This document shows positions 40,101 to 48,378 of a stretch of DNA of 64,000 bases, in pieces. The position numbers were made by a program, and so were the translations under genes. The stretch spans positions 1 through 64,000 of IMG/VR virus record IMGVR_UViG_3300008113_004623, one strand, 5' to 3'. The DNA is from a virus. The notes beneath the pieces were generated by a model. That model was given only the letters and a program-made list of their open reading frames with translations, did not search any database and was not told the origin of the DNA. The stretch's first letter is position 1. Every line of letters starts with the position of its first letter.

Positions 40101-40357
40101 CCTTTAATGGTTTCTGGAACATAGCAGCGCAGTCAAACGGACAATCTTTATGGACTACTAAGTGGGAAGATCTACAGAATAATTATTTTATTGATAAGTT
40201 GCCAAACACAAAAGCAATTAGGAATCTAAGTGTTGCTTATCAGAAAAATAAGATAAAGGCAGATTTCACAAAAATTAGATTGATTCAAGACAAGTACAAT
40301 AGATATAAATTTGTAAACAACTTACAGATAACTCAAATTAATAACACTACCTTATAA
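34133..40357 (+). CDS. tail stabilisation/muzzle protein with PA14-like insertion
   Basis: GLNLD...WALNA, YQRDEVYAFGI, IRHHKFPD, GGDTYI, GYIGSQH, FWVDAKRG and SWTVAYS...ISFYSF.P motifs. Confidence 0.8.
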   Translation: MENKVNQNLIGLNLDAITWQVKDNQITWALNANIQAHDGDSITYTNEPGNTSCYDFTEGELAGFKVVGFTNIVEQSKVILFLTHPDGRSRIGQITAINNACLDIEITEKDCGCKEGTIITENTVFEDLPEPTVSLECPAGFTYNPISKKCEQIAYRALNTELPGVPVIETCIDGGPCGVVSTHGCNYPRVYGDTWTALDPNSYSSIYSTLNQSFWVPNGAGVFNVSTYVKEIAVQADLNPSGGGCRTCHTVSHGFIGFTETVCIPETKKYFLGVAADESLRITVDGVVILDIQAGTSPTESAKRLFANYPGNPAVDNGSTMWSTFNIFPVEFTAGSHLIKFEYRNSLGIGMFAYELYDITLAELTSPSLTKATLQSKRVISNGQPISSQPKRPTTANPPGLGGLFTELTSACPEGYTLVADENCLVRCRGIIYQNQIEITSEPTCCKYEDLVVDDCLSSCEDDCYEYVVGFKASGIAVTDPTTGEVIVIGDPLSTVQKTFSYTDCEGNYVEDFILATNKRFKAKKGTLDLNHPRLVVIQEVLVTGQTQTFSKDNCCLNFDIAFPVNAEYRIDECETKIYYISRNNPPRYFSVEYPYGRDACGEARTCIKESCEDSKIFADFCIPEVHVTDVNDGGQLKAGVYSFAIAYADEQGIELTEYCDLTNPIPIYERSITEQTEYVTSKSVNLKVLHKTKIFEYFNVVVAETVNTVTNYHLVGTYRVNQYADTDQVIYTGDYKSTFSSIVPLIRGPHYETANIIEKQNDILMLADLEEYPKYNFQPFASKINLLWETVQMPADGQFDYSSPEVAYFFRTYQRDEVYAFGIKFRLKNGKYTDVFHIPGRKANSNDLILEQAASNLDVFVGESDCIFPSELPRWQVYNTASAGVPISKDEDLSDEIEKQYNCAIKNHKQGQFAYWESTEVYPCYDEIWGQSTDPNAPYYDPNALAGKPIRHHKFPDSAKVHIHDKQMAHDGEIDHTVTNDYNSTIYPIGVRIDEAALTSLLNQKKADGTYAYTVYDPIKKTNVPIKDVICGYELVHATRVGNKSVIAKGLLYDVGVFEDNSGDGPIKKYYYPNYPYNDLFADPYLMNDSRWYQESEKVLEEDGSTGVGGVGGFANVPIIGNNRYTFYSPDTSFQYPKIGTELKLETIEFGKVLGHFMPVAEHPRYRFLKKQAFIDAGTLASLISFEQKSETEADISVTVGGRNRSAFTARIDKLFTNEQLFLDIAEKLIPFVNFAYQYNSIATYNQYVAIDPLNLPSIHRGKSRRFHNRLRETSVYLKLRDYLPLHSTQIIDNSRYIASNHASSNPQDLTEDRLTRAYYSSVKRQFPNQYGPLENLRYVNTGYRQDIITHAGGSVSLSYKYYPAFGGDTYITPFAIKRKHSFFTRNLVNLPAKADEMPFDYWLFPNLGYPKFFIGTSSNMDSLNSGDIAAFIAGIAIAVAASYGFTATGGLAGVGNYLTQITTNYVFMNGAAPFITLGVNAIWSKFVKKTSLDKAENTRYHKDGIFYTASYGIPIFFVESDVNLHFRHGRDLDKENFYPNVGGGVPDDWLQEATVPIKFDNYYHYNATYSVQNMSPNQPYRLKYPNLECIINHQNRVIYSDQASDSNLTSDKWLAFRPGNFYDFPKQGGRLIDLNAGESERVYARFENTTKVYNARIVLSSTSPYQLEIGNADMFKQKPVDLSATDLGYIGSQHKAYVRCEYGTFWVDAKRGHVYQITGQGFNEIKSELNYNWFKENLPFQILKDFPEADVDVPSLGIGIIMGWDERFERIFITKLDYRVRLQYRTGTTKVEYITDRLDPDYRYYVLNTNGVRTRIDFSQKEYFENKSWTVAYSPKMKNFISFYSFMPNFFIPQLGHFQTIITTPLGSSLWNHNLSPYIYQTYYGKLYPYIIEYLINSLPINSSVTSISLIQDIQEYYSKYEYYSLGTANNKNTANFTKAIVYNREQSSGIINLIPEVFGNTRQKILYPRMTPTGIEALLSRRENKYTFNGFWNIAAQSNGQSLWTTKWEDLQNNYFIDKLPNTKAIRNLSVAYQKNKIKADFTKIRLIQDKYNRYKFVNNLQITQINNTTL

Positions 40358-40365
40358 CCTATACC

Positions 40366-40746
40366 ATGAAAGAAAAAGAAATTTTTACAACAGTTAAGCC
40401 CGAGCTAGTTATCGGACAACTGTTTCAGTCTAGGGATACAATCCACATTGCACATCTCCAGACTCTTTCTTACGCAGAGCATAAAGCTTTGAATGAGTAC
40501 TATGACGGAATTTTAGATTTGACTGATAGTTTGCTAGAAGCCTACTTTGGTACTATCGGCAAACGAGTAAATTTTAAAATTCCTGGTTCTGAGTATGTAA
40601 ATCCTCAGCAACATTTAAAACAATTAATGGATTACGTTAAAAAACATCGCGTAGTATTTGGAATGGAGAATACCCATCTTCAAAATATTATTGATGAAAT
40701 AATCGCTTTGATTGCAAAAACATTATATTTACTTACATTATCATAA
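40366..40746 (+). CDS. ferritin/Dps-like four-helix protein (DUF5856-like)
   Basis: H..HLQT.SYAEHKAL..YYD.I..L.D...E...G and LQNIIDEI...I.KT.YLLTL. Confidence 0.75.
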   Translation: MKEKEIFTTVKPELVIGQLFQSRDTIHIAHLQTLSYAEHKALNEYYDGILDLTDSLLEAYFGTIGKRVNFKIPGSEYVNPQQHLKQLMDYVKKHRVVFGMENTHLQNIIDEIIALIAKTLYLLTLS

Positions 40747-41654
40747 TGGGACGTTTACAAAAATCTTATTCTACCTGCATGGAATGTGGAGGTAAAATGA
40801 AAATGAAGTCTGGAGGCAAGTGGATACAGTCTGCTATTAAGAATCCAGGTTCATTTACAAAACAAGCACAATCTGCTGGAATGTCTGTTCCTGCATTTAG
40901 AGACAAAGTACTTGCTAACAAAGAAGACTATTCTTCTACTACTGTTAAAAGAGCTAACTTAGCTAAGACACTTTCTAAAATGCGTAAAGGTCAAGGTGGT
41001 ATGGATTTCAAAGATCCAATGGGGCCAGATCGTATGATGGCAGAAGAAGCAATGAGTAATGAAATGGACAATACAATGGCTCCTGCAATGGAATCAGAAA
41101 TTGCTTTATTAGATCCTAATCTTGAACAAGCTAAAGCTACTCTTAGCAACTTGGAGAAACAAGCCGAAATGGAAAGTGTTCGTAAGTATCAACGTATGCT
41201 TAACGAAAAGTATGGCGCTGATTTAGTACCAGACGGAGCGTGGGGTCCTAAAACTCAAGCTGCTTACGAGAAGTTTGTTTTAAACAAATCAGCTAGTAGA
41301 CCAAAAGAAGCACCACAACCTGCATTTTGGGACAGATCTTCTGAACAAAGATTTAATACTCCAGCCAACATTATGCCGACAACAAGTCGTCCTTCTCTTT
41401 CTACCTATCTTAGTGCAGTGCCTCAAAAGAATAAAGGTTTTGATAAAGCAGTAGCAGATCTTCGTCGTATGCCTGTATCAGGTTATGGAACTGATTCTCA
41501 GCCTGAAACAAAAACTCAAACAGTAGCTCAAGCACGGAAAAATTTATCAAGCAGTCCTTTATATAAAGCAGCTACAAAAGCAAAAACTCCTAGTCTAAGT
41601 TCTTTCTATATTAATAAGACTGGATCTAATGCCTCTCCTATTAAAATTAGATAA
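40746..41654 (+). CDS. basic cargo-like protein with peptidoglycan-binding domain
   Basis: KWIQSAIK.PGSFT...KRANLAKTL domain; V...Q..LN......DG.WGPKT..A PG-binding motif. Confidence 0.65.
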   Translation: MGRLQKSYSTCMECGGKMKMKSGGKWIQSAIKNPGSFTKQAQSAGMSVPAFRDKVLANKEDYSSTTVKRANLAKTLSKMRKGQGGMDFKDPMGPDRMMAEEAMSNEMDNTMAPAMESEIALLDPNLEQAKATLSNLEKQAEMESVRKYQRMLNEKYGADLVPDGAWGPKTQAAYEKFVLNKSASRPKEAPQPAFWDRSSEQRFNTPANIMPTTSRPSLSTYLSAVPQKNKGFDKAVADLRRMPVSGYGTDSQPETKTQTVAQARKNLSSSPLYKAATKAKTPSLSSFYINKTGSNASPIKIR

Positions 41655-41660
41655 TCATCA

Positions 41661-44600
41661 ATGGAAATTAAGTCTCTTTATAAAAAATTTTTAAAGTACA
41701 GCAAGCCTACTGCGCCTAAAAGTAAGGTTCAATCTAAGAAAATAGATATGAGCAAAAGAGGTTTATGGGACAAAAACAAAAACAAAGTTATTGTTCCCTC
41801 AAACCGTATTACTATGAAAGGCCCAAAGGGTGAGCAAGATTTTTTTAAGAGACCTGTATTAGCTACTGGGTTGCAATCGGGCAAACAAGTCTTGATGCAA
41901 CCTGGTAGAGAATATTATTTTCCAAATGATGAGCAGGTGTTTGAAAAACGCATGCAGGATGGTGGAACAGTTCAAACTAATATGCTTCAACCTATTAAGA
42001 AGGACGAAGAATCTCTTCCAATTATTTTAGAATCTTTGTTTTCTCAATTTCAAAAATCTAAAGAAGAGTTTGGTGTGGAGCCAGAAGAATCTGAATCTAT
42101 GGGTACTCCGTCTTTACAAGATGGAGCCTTAGTAAAAGACGAAGACATTAGAATGGACCCAATTGAGATTAATGCTGAGTTACCTCCTTGGTATATTCGT
42201 TATCCTCGAAAAGCGTTAAGAGCTGCCAATGCCAAATTAGAAGATTGGGGTGCACAATATGCCCAAAAAATTTCTGATGCAACTGGTGGTAAAGATTGGT
42301 ATAAAGAAGCTAATCCTTTTGGAAGTCTTGCTTTAGAGTTTTTAAATGCACCTCAATATACAGCAACTTATGGTGTAACTGGTAAGGTACAGACACCTTC
42401 TGAAGCAATGGATATTCAAAATCCTTATGGAGCTTTTGCTATAGATGCTATAACAGATCCTATGAATTTAGTTGGTGTAGGTGTATCTAGTAAAGCTAGA
42501 AACATATTTAGTCAAGTTCCTGATCGACTTAATAGCTTAGGGAGAAAAAGAGGATTAAGAAATTCTAGTCCATTAGTTCTAGAAAATAATCAACTGCCTC
42601 CTCCTCCGTTTAAACTTAAATTTATGCCTGACGGTTCAATACAATCTATTAATAATTTGGATTTAAATTATATACCAGGTTCTTACAGACCTGATTATGC
42701 AGAAACTGCTTTTAAATCAAAAAATATATCAGGACTAACTAAAGAAGAAGCTTTAGCTAAAGTATCTGCTAAAGATAAAGATGTTGTTTCTAAAATGTCT
42801 GAAACTGATTTTGAACAAACTGTTTTAAAACCTACGGGAGAAATTGTCTCTTATAAACCTTCTTTAAGTTTAAATTTAGGCTTTAATCCTACTACAAGAA
42901 ATTTATCTTTACAAGATACAATTCCTATGACTCCAACTGAGTATACTAATATTTTTAATTCTAGATTAGATGTACTTAATGATATAATTGCTAAAAATAA
43001 TAAATCAGGAATAAATTATACTGTTAAAGAACTATCTCCTTCAGGGGCATTAAGATTTAATACTCCAGCTCAAGTAGAAAAATTAGGTTTAACAAATAAT
43101 ATGATTGATGACTTAACTCGCAGAGGTTATATAGATAGTAAAGGTAATATAGATCCTCGTCTGCAAGATTATGTTGATCGGTGGGGTTCTAATACTAGAG
43201 ATATTGCAGAAGGAGAGGCAGTCTGGGGCGTACAAATAAATCCTGGGTTATGGCAAGGTGAAGTACAAGATATTGCAAATGTTGATTATTTTAAAGCTAT
43301 CCCAGGGTTGAATATGAATAATACAACTGCTAGTGTATTTTCAGATGCTATGCCAAGAAGAGGTACAAATACTTATAAAAGCATAAACGAATACCTTAAA
43401 AGAATGAATCTTGGTAGAGTAAAACCTGGCTTTAATTCCCAAACTCAATTTTCTAGCGGACTTTGGCAAGATGCTATAAAAAAGGGAAATGCTTTTGGAT
43501 ATTTTGGTAATCCAACAACTGTGTACGGTTCTATGAGAACTGTAGCACCTATAGGAATTGGTGCAGCAGCAGGAGCATCACAGTTACAGAATAATAAACA
43601 AGGTATGCAAAGTGGGGGATTTAGTTATACACCTCCTTCACGTAGAGCATTTACAACATCATATCAACAACCTACAAGGAGTACATCAGATAATACAAGA
43701 GTAGTAACTCCTAATGTATCTGATGCTACAAGAGCTATGGTGGCTGATCAAAGAGCTAGGGAAGCTGCAGCAAAAAGATCGGGAGTTATATATGCAGGAA
43801 CTCCTGAAAGTGATTATGAAAAAGCTAAAAAAGCTGCGTCATTTGTAGAGCAATCAAAACTAGCCGATGGCTTTGCTACTCCGCTAGATTATGTATTAGA
43901 TACAGTTAATCCTACTCAGTATGTATTTAATGCAACTGATTTAGTAGGTAATCAAGTATCTGCTGTTAAGAATTTAGCACAAGGAAATTTTCAAGAAGCG
44001 GGTTCTGATTTATTAGAAGCACAGATGAATGCATTAAGTCTTGTACCAATAACTAAAGCAGCAGCTCCAGTATTAAAACCAATATTAAAACAAGCAACCC
44101 GTTATGGGGATGATGTGATACAAACTTCTAAAATAGCTGGTAGACCAGCTTTACCTAAGTATAAAGATGTCTATCGTGCAGAACACGCAGGATTTAATCA
44201 AGTAGCAACTCCTCAAGACATTACAGGAAGATGGGCTGCTAATAGTGCAGATGAGGCTAGCTATTATGTGCAAAATTTAAAAGACCCAACAACGGGAAAA
44301 GTGATGAATGCTTTTTCTGGAGAACAAGTTCCTGTAAGAATTATGAAACAAAGAGTTCCTGAGTATAAATACAATCAACAATTTGCTGAGGGAATGCCAG
44401 AAGAGGCTAGAATAATGAGCATGGGTCCTGGCCGCTTATCAAGGACCGAACTAGATCAAGTACTAGGGCCAGGTGCAACAAAAAGATTTGAAACAAATCA
44501 ATTTTCTAATCAAGATTTAGCAGCAATGCAAACGGCTCCTTTTTTATTTAATCCTAATGAAGGTATCTTAGATGCAGGAATAATAAATAATCTACGACAG

Positions 44601-44825
44601 GGTAAAAATACATTAAGTGGTAGAGCTTCTGTATTTGCTACTCAAAATCAAGCAGCTGATTATTTATTAAATCAAACTAAAAGTAAACAGAACGTATCTT
44701 CCCTAAATAAATATCTACCATTTAATACATTTCAAATGGGTGGTATGTCTATACCAGGAGTAAATGGAACTGTAGTAGCATCTAGTCCTTCACTTTATAA
44801 AAAATATAAAACTAAAAAGAAATGA
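41661..44825 (+). CDS. modular cargo protein with GNAT-like and ADP-ribosyltransferase-like domains
   Basis: modules separated by MQDGG/MQSGG/FQMGG; see findings. Confidence 0.55.
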   Translation: MEIKSLYKKFLKYSKPTAPKSKVQSKKIDMSKRGLWDKNKNKVIVPSNRITMKGPKGEQDFFKRPVLATGLQSGKQVLMQPGREYYFPNDEQVFEKRMQDGGTVQTNMLQPIKKDEESLPIILESLFSQFQKSKEEFGVEPEESESMGTPSLQDGALVKDEDIRMDPIEINAELPPWYIRYPRKALRAANAKLEDWGAQYAQKISDATGGKDWYKEANPFGSLALEFLNAPQYTATYGVTGKVQTPSEAMDIQNPYGAFAIDAITDPMNLVGVGVSSKARNIFSQVPDRLNSLGRKRGLRNSSPLVLENNQLPPPPFKLKFMPDGSIQSINNLDLNYIPGSYRPDYAETAFKSKNISGLTKEEALAKVSAKDKDVVSKMSETDFEQTVLKPTGEIVSYKPSLSLNLGFNPTTRNLSLQDTIPMTPTEYTNIFNSRLDVLNDIIAKNNKSGINYTVKELSPSGALRFNTPAQVEKLGLTNNMIDDLTRRGYIDSKGNIDPRLQDYVDRWGSNTRDIAEGEAVWGVQINPGLWQGEVQDIANVDYFKAIPGLNMNNTTASVFSDAMPRRGTNTYKSINEYLKRMNLGRVKPGFNSQTQFSSGLWQDAIKKGNAFGYFGNPTTVYGSMRTVAPIGIGAAAGASQLQNNKQGMQSGGFSYTPPSRRAFTTSYQQPTRSTSDNTRVVTPNVSDATRAMVADQRAREAAAKRSGVIYAGTPESDYEKAKKAASFVEQSKLADGFATPLDYVLDTVNPTQYVFNATDLVGNQVSAVKNLAQGNFQEAGSDLLEAQMNALSLVPITKAAAPVLKPILKQATRYGDDVIQTSKIAGRPALPKYKDVYRAEHAGFNQVATPQDITGRWAANSADEASYYVQNLKDPTTGKVMNAFSGEQVPVRIMKQRVPEYKYNQQFAEGMPEEARIMSMGPGRLSRTELDQVLGPGATKRFETNQFSNQDLAAMQTAPFLFNPNEGILDAGIINNLRQGKNTLSGRASVFATQNQAADYLLNQTKSKQNVSSLNKYLPFNTFQMGGMSIPGVNGTVVASSPSLYKKYKTKKK

Positions 44826-45289
44826 GTCAAATGATAAAACGTAAAGACGGGTCGTATTCAAGACGCGGACTTTGGGACAACATTAGAGCTAATAGAGGCA
44901 GCGGCAAAAAGCCTACTAAACAAATGCTAGCGCAAGAAAAAAAGATTAAAGCAGAAAGCAAAAGCATGAAGTCTGGTGGACGTTTATACCAAGCATATAA
45001 AAGTGGAGGCACTATTCCTCACACTACTAAAGGCCCTAGAGCAAACTATCGCCCAACTAAATCAGGTGCAGGAATGACAGCTAAAGGAGTGGCCGCATAT
45101 AGAAGAGCTAATCCAGGTTCTAAATTACAAACAGCAGTAACAGGTAAAGTAAAACCAGGCAGTAAAGATGCAAATAGGAGAAAGTCTTATTGCGCACGTT
45201 CTTTAGGTCAGTTGCGTCAAGCTTCTGAAAAAACTAAGAACGACCCTAACTCAAGAATACGTCAGGCAAGAAGAAGATGGAAATGTTAA
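44822..45289 (+). CDS. very basic protein (DUF6321-like)
   Basis: GAGMTAKG...YRRANPGSKL...RRKSYCARS...NSR...ARRRWKC. Confidence 0.65.
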   Translation: MSQMIKRKDGSYSRRGLWDNIRANRGSGKKPTKQMLAQEKKIKAESKSMKSGGRLYQAYKSGGTIPHTTKGPRANYRPTKSGAGMTAKGVAAYRRANPGSKLQTAVTGKVKPGSKDANRRKSYCARSLGQLRQASEKTKNDPNSRIRQARRRWKC

Positions 45290-45313
45290 ACATTAACTTT
45301 TAAAATTAATACT

Positions 45314-45463
45314 ATGGCAACTAAAGCAAAATCCACTAGTGTTTTGTCTGCATTTAAAGACAAACCTAAAGTAAGTAGACCTGGCATTCACGCTAAGACT
45401 AAATCTTCTAAGTTAAAGCAAAGTAAGAACTATCATAAAGCATATAGAGGGCAGGGGAAATAA
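45314..45463 (+). CDS. 49-aa basic protein (not in ORF track)
   Basis: MATKAK...RPGIHAK...SKNYHKAYRGQGK*; followed by a terminator. Confidence 0.7.
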   Translation: MATKAKSTSVLSAFKDKPKVSRPGIHAKTKSSKLKQSKNYHKAYRGQGK

Positions 45464-45497
45464 TCCCTTGCTTTTTTTACTTTATAAACTATATTTG
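45451..45497 (+). promoter_or_regulatory. terminator overlapping the promoter of the cargo/RNAP operon
   Basis: GCAGGGGA-AATAA-TCCCTTGC followed by T-run; TTG(45468)-N19-TATATTTG(45490-45497). Confidence 0.65.
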
Positions 45498-45558
45498 TAA
45501 TTACCTATAATATAATCAGTTATTAACTTTCAATGTTATAACTTTAAAAATTAAACTA

Positions 45559-48372
45559 ATGTTAAGGCATTCTTTATATAAAAAGTTTGGTAAAAAATAC
45601 CAGGTAGGAGGTGAAAAAGACCCCGCTGCCCCATTTAAGGCACCTGCTCCTTTTGGAACATATACTACCCCCAATCAACCACAAGGAACTATTAGTACTC
45701 CTGATGCATCTTTTGCTCCTGGAGTATTTAGTAATGAAAAAGCAGACAATACCTTTACGCCCTTTCCTGCTCCGTTAAATATATTTGATGTTAATCAACA
45801 AACACCTGAACCCGAACAGGGTCCCTTAACCCAACAAGAAGTAACAGAGCGTGCTATTACAGTTGACCCTATGGCAGAAGTAGAACCTAAAGAAGAAAAA
45901 AATAAAAATGGAAATTTTTCTGATTACGCTACTTTAGGACTAGCTGGAATTTCAGGAGTTCTTAATTATCAAGATGCATTAAAGCAAGATCAAAAATTTA
46001 AACAATCTATTCAGCAGAGAGATAGTAAACCTGTATATGACTACAATTGGATGTACGGTAGGACTACTTCTGGTGGAACAGAATATCAACCAATTATTAT
46101 GGCAAAACAAGGTGCAAACATTCGTAGGCCACTAAATTCATTAGAAACAGCTAATGTTGAAATTGAAGGTGGAGAATTTTTAATTCTTCCTGATGGCACT
46201 ACTGAAATAGCAAAAGGTCCTTCCCACGCAAAAGGCGGCATTGATACTATATTACCTGAAGGAACAAAAGTATTTTCAAATCACTTACGTCCTGCAGACT
46301 TACATAAAATGCCTGCGCCTTATAAACAAATGTTGTTAGGTGGATATATGGAAGAAGGTGGAGAAGTAGAAGACTTAGGATTAGATTATCTAGAAGACAT
46401 GTTGGAAGATTCTGGTAAGTTTAAAGGTAAAGATGCTAAGAAAACTTTTGCAGAAATTGCTAAACGATACGACTTAAAAGTTTACCAAGATGTACTTAAT
46501 AATCCATTTGCTTCTGCTGTAGATAAAGAAACAGCTCAAGTAATGATGCAGCGTAACGCTAAAATTCTTGACCAACTTTTCCGCGATCAACAAATTCTTA
46601 ACGGTAACTCTAATGGGGAGCCTATGGAGGAAATGAAAAATGGTGGAATAAACAATCCTGGTTTTAAAGCTCTTCCTGCTGAAGTTCAAGCTAAGATACT
46701 TTCTAACATGCAAACTGGTGGGAGATACAAAATCCCAGAAGGAAGTAGAGTAATTGCAGAATCCGATTTAGCTAATGCTCAACCTGGAGATTATGTACGA
46801 TTTGCAAATGGTACAGTAAAGAAACTTACCAAGAAAGATGTACAAACAATTGACAAAGGATTTAATAAAGACTTCTCTGTAATGAAACAGCGTTGGGATG
46901 ATCCTAGTCTTAATCCAGTTAAAGACCAAATGTGGAACAGGTACATTCAAGCTAATCCAAACACAAAGATTAGCAAACAACAATACCTAGATAACTACAT
47001 TAAAACACAAGAGCAGTTATATGCTATTGACGCAGCTGCTGCTAATAACCCTAATATTGACTTATCTAACCCAGAGTGGGATAGAACTTCAGGAGGTGCT
47101 AAGAATAAGCGATATAAAGAACTAGCCAAACAATTAGGATTACCTGAACTTACCGAAGATCAGATTTCTCAGTTCCAACAAGGATATAAAGACCTTGCAA
47201 CAATTCAACAAGATCCTCAATATCAAGCAGCCCTTGCTGATTTTGATTTAACTCCTAAAGGTGTTGGGGACCAAATGTATTTAGGAAAGGCCATTTCTCC
47301 AGCAGATGCTATCTTAGGCAACACTACTGTAAGACAGCTTCAATATTTAAAAAATAGAGAACAAGTTCCTACTTACCAATACGAAGATGTACCAGAAAAC
47401 ATGCCTCCTGGTCAAGCTTATGACTTAAATGTTAGCGGTAGACGTGGTACTTATAGAGGCATGCCTTATCCTGTAAGTCAAGCTATCCCATCCGCATATG
47501 CACTAGCACAAGCACAAGAAACTTTTCCTTATGCTATTCCTGAAGTAGAAGCTCCTTACATAAGACCGCAGACTTTAAACATTCAAAGTCAGTTGCAAGA
47601 TGCAGATAATAATGCTATTGCTGCAATGCGTTACGGGGCAGATCCTAACTTAGCATATATAGCAGGACTTGATGCAAAGCAAAAGTCTTTTGAGAATAAA
47701 CAAAACTATGATGCAGATGCACGAGCTAAAGCAGATATGTATAATGCAGAAGCTAAGATGCGTGCTGATTCAATAAATGCTCAGATGTTTAACCAAGTAT
47801 ACAATGATATGTACGCTGGTGCAAAGTCTGCTCAGTCTGAAGAAAAACAAAAAGCAATTGCTTCCTTAATTACTAATCGTAATAAGTGGCAACAAGACGA
47901 AAACTTAAAAGAGTTTTATTTCAATAACTTTGTAACTAATTACGATTTTGATGGTAGAAATCCGAGTTTAACTATGGATGCTACAGGAACAAATCAGTTT
48001 AGTATTACAGGAGTAAAACCTACTCAGTCTACTCAGTCTACTCCTGCTACGCCAACTACGCAGTCTGCTAACGCTACTACAGCACCGTCTACTGCTTCAA
48101 CAACAACTCCAACTCCAGCTACAACTTCTACGCCTACTACTACAGGAGTACCTGTAGATTCTACATTTAGAGCTTCTTTAAATCCTAATCTACCGCCTTC
48201 TATGCAGTATGGAGTAACTAATCCTGCATTGCCTGATTTAGGTACGCCTGTAATGAAGACTAACTTAAATCCAAACTTACCATTATCTATGCAGTATGGT
48301 ATGGAGATGGGTGGACAATTAGAGACTTACTTGAATCCATTCAAAAAGAAAAAAGGTTTCAGAAAAAAATAA
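45559..48372 (+). CDS. ejected cargo protein
   Basis: VEIEGGE...GPSHAKGGI...VFS motif, a hydrophobic helix, xxGG motifs and a Thr/Pro-rich tail. Confidence 0.65.
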   Translation: MLRHSLYKKFGKKYQVGGEKDPAAPFKAPAPFGTYTTPNQPQGTISTPDASFAPGVFSNEKADNTFTPFPAPLNIFDVNQQTPEPEQGPLTQQEVTERAITVDPMAEVEPKEEKNKNGNFSDYATLGLAGISGVLNYQDALKQDQKFKQSIQQRDSKPVYDYNWMYGRTTSGGTEYQPIIMAKQGANIRRPLNSLETANVEIEGGEFLILPDGTTEIAKGPSHAKGGIDTILPEGTKVFSNHLRPADLHKMPAPYKQMLLGGYMEEGGEVEDLGLDYLEDMLEDSGKFKGKDAKKTFAEIAKRYDLKVYQDVLNNPFASAVDKETAQVMMQRNAKILDQLFRDQQILNGNSNGEPMEEMKNGGINNPGFKALPAEVQAKILSNMQTGGRYKIPEGSRVIAESDLANAQPGDYVRFANGTVKKLTKKDVQTIDKGFNKDFSVMKQRWDDPSLNPVKDQMWNRYIQANPNTKISKQQYLDNYIKTQEQLYAIDAAAANNPNIDLSNPEWDRTSGGAKNKRYKELAKQLGLPELTEDQISQFQQGYKDLATIQQDPQYQAALADFDLTPKGVGDQMYLGKAISPADAILGNTTVRQLQYLKNREQVPTYQYEDVPENMPPGQAYDLNVSGRRGTYRGMPYPVSQAIPSAYALAQAQETFPYAIPEVEAPYIRPQTLNIQSQLQDADNNAIAAMRYGADPNLAYIAGLDAKQKSFENKQNYDADARAKADMYNAEAKMRADSINAQMFNQVYNDMYAGAKSAQSEEKQKAIASLITNRNKWQQDENLKEFYFNNFVTNYDFDGRNPSLTMDATGTNQFSITGVKPTQSTQSTPATPTTQSANATTAPSTASTTTPTPATTSTPTTTGVPVDSTFRASLNPNLPPSMQYGVTNPALPDLGTPVMKTNLNPNLPLSMQYGMEMGGQLETYLNPFKKKKGFRKK

Positions 48373-48378
48373 TTTACT

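Noticed and set aside
48015-48300. Short repeats (CTACTCAGT x2; LNPNLP.SMQYG x2) in a Thr/Pro-rich tail
   Set aside because: Ordinary low-complexity linker duplication within a CDS.
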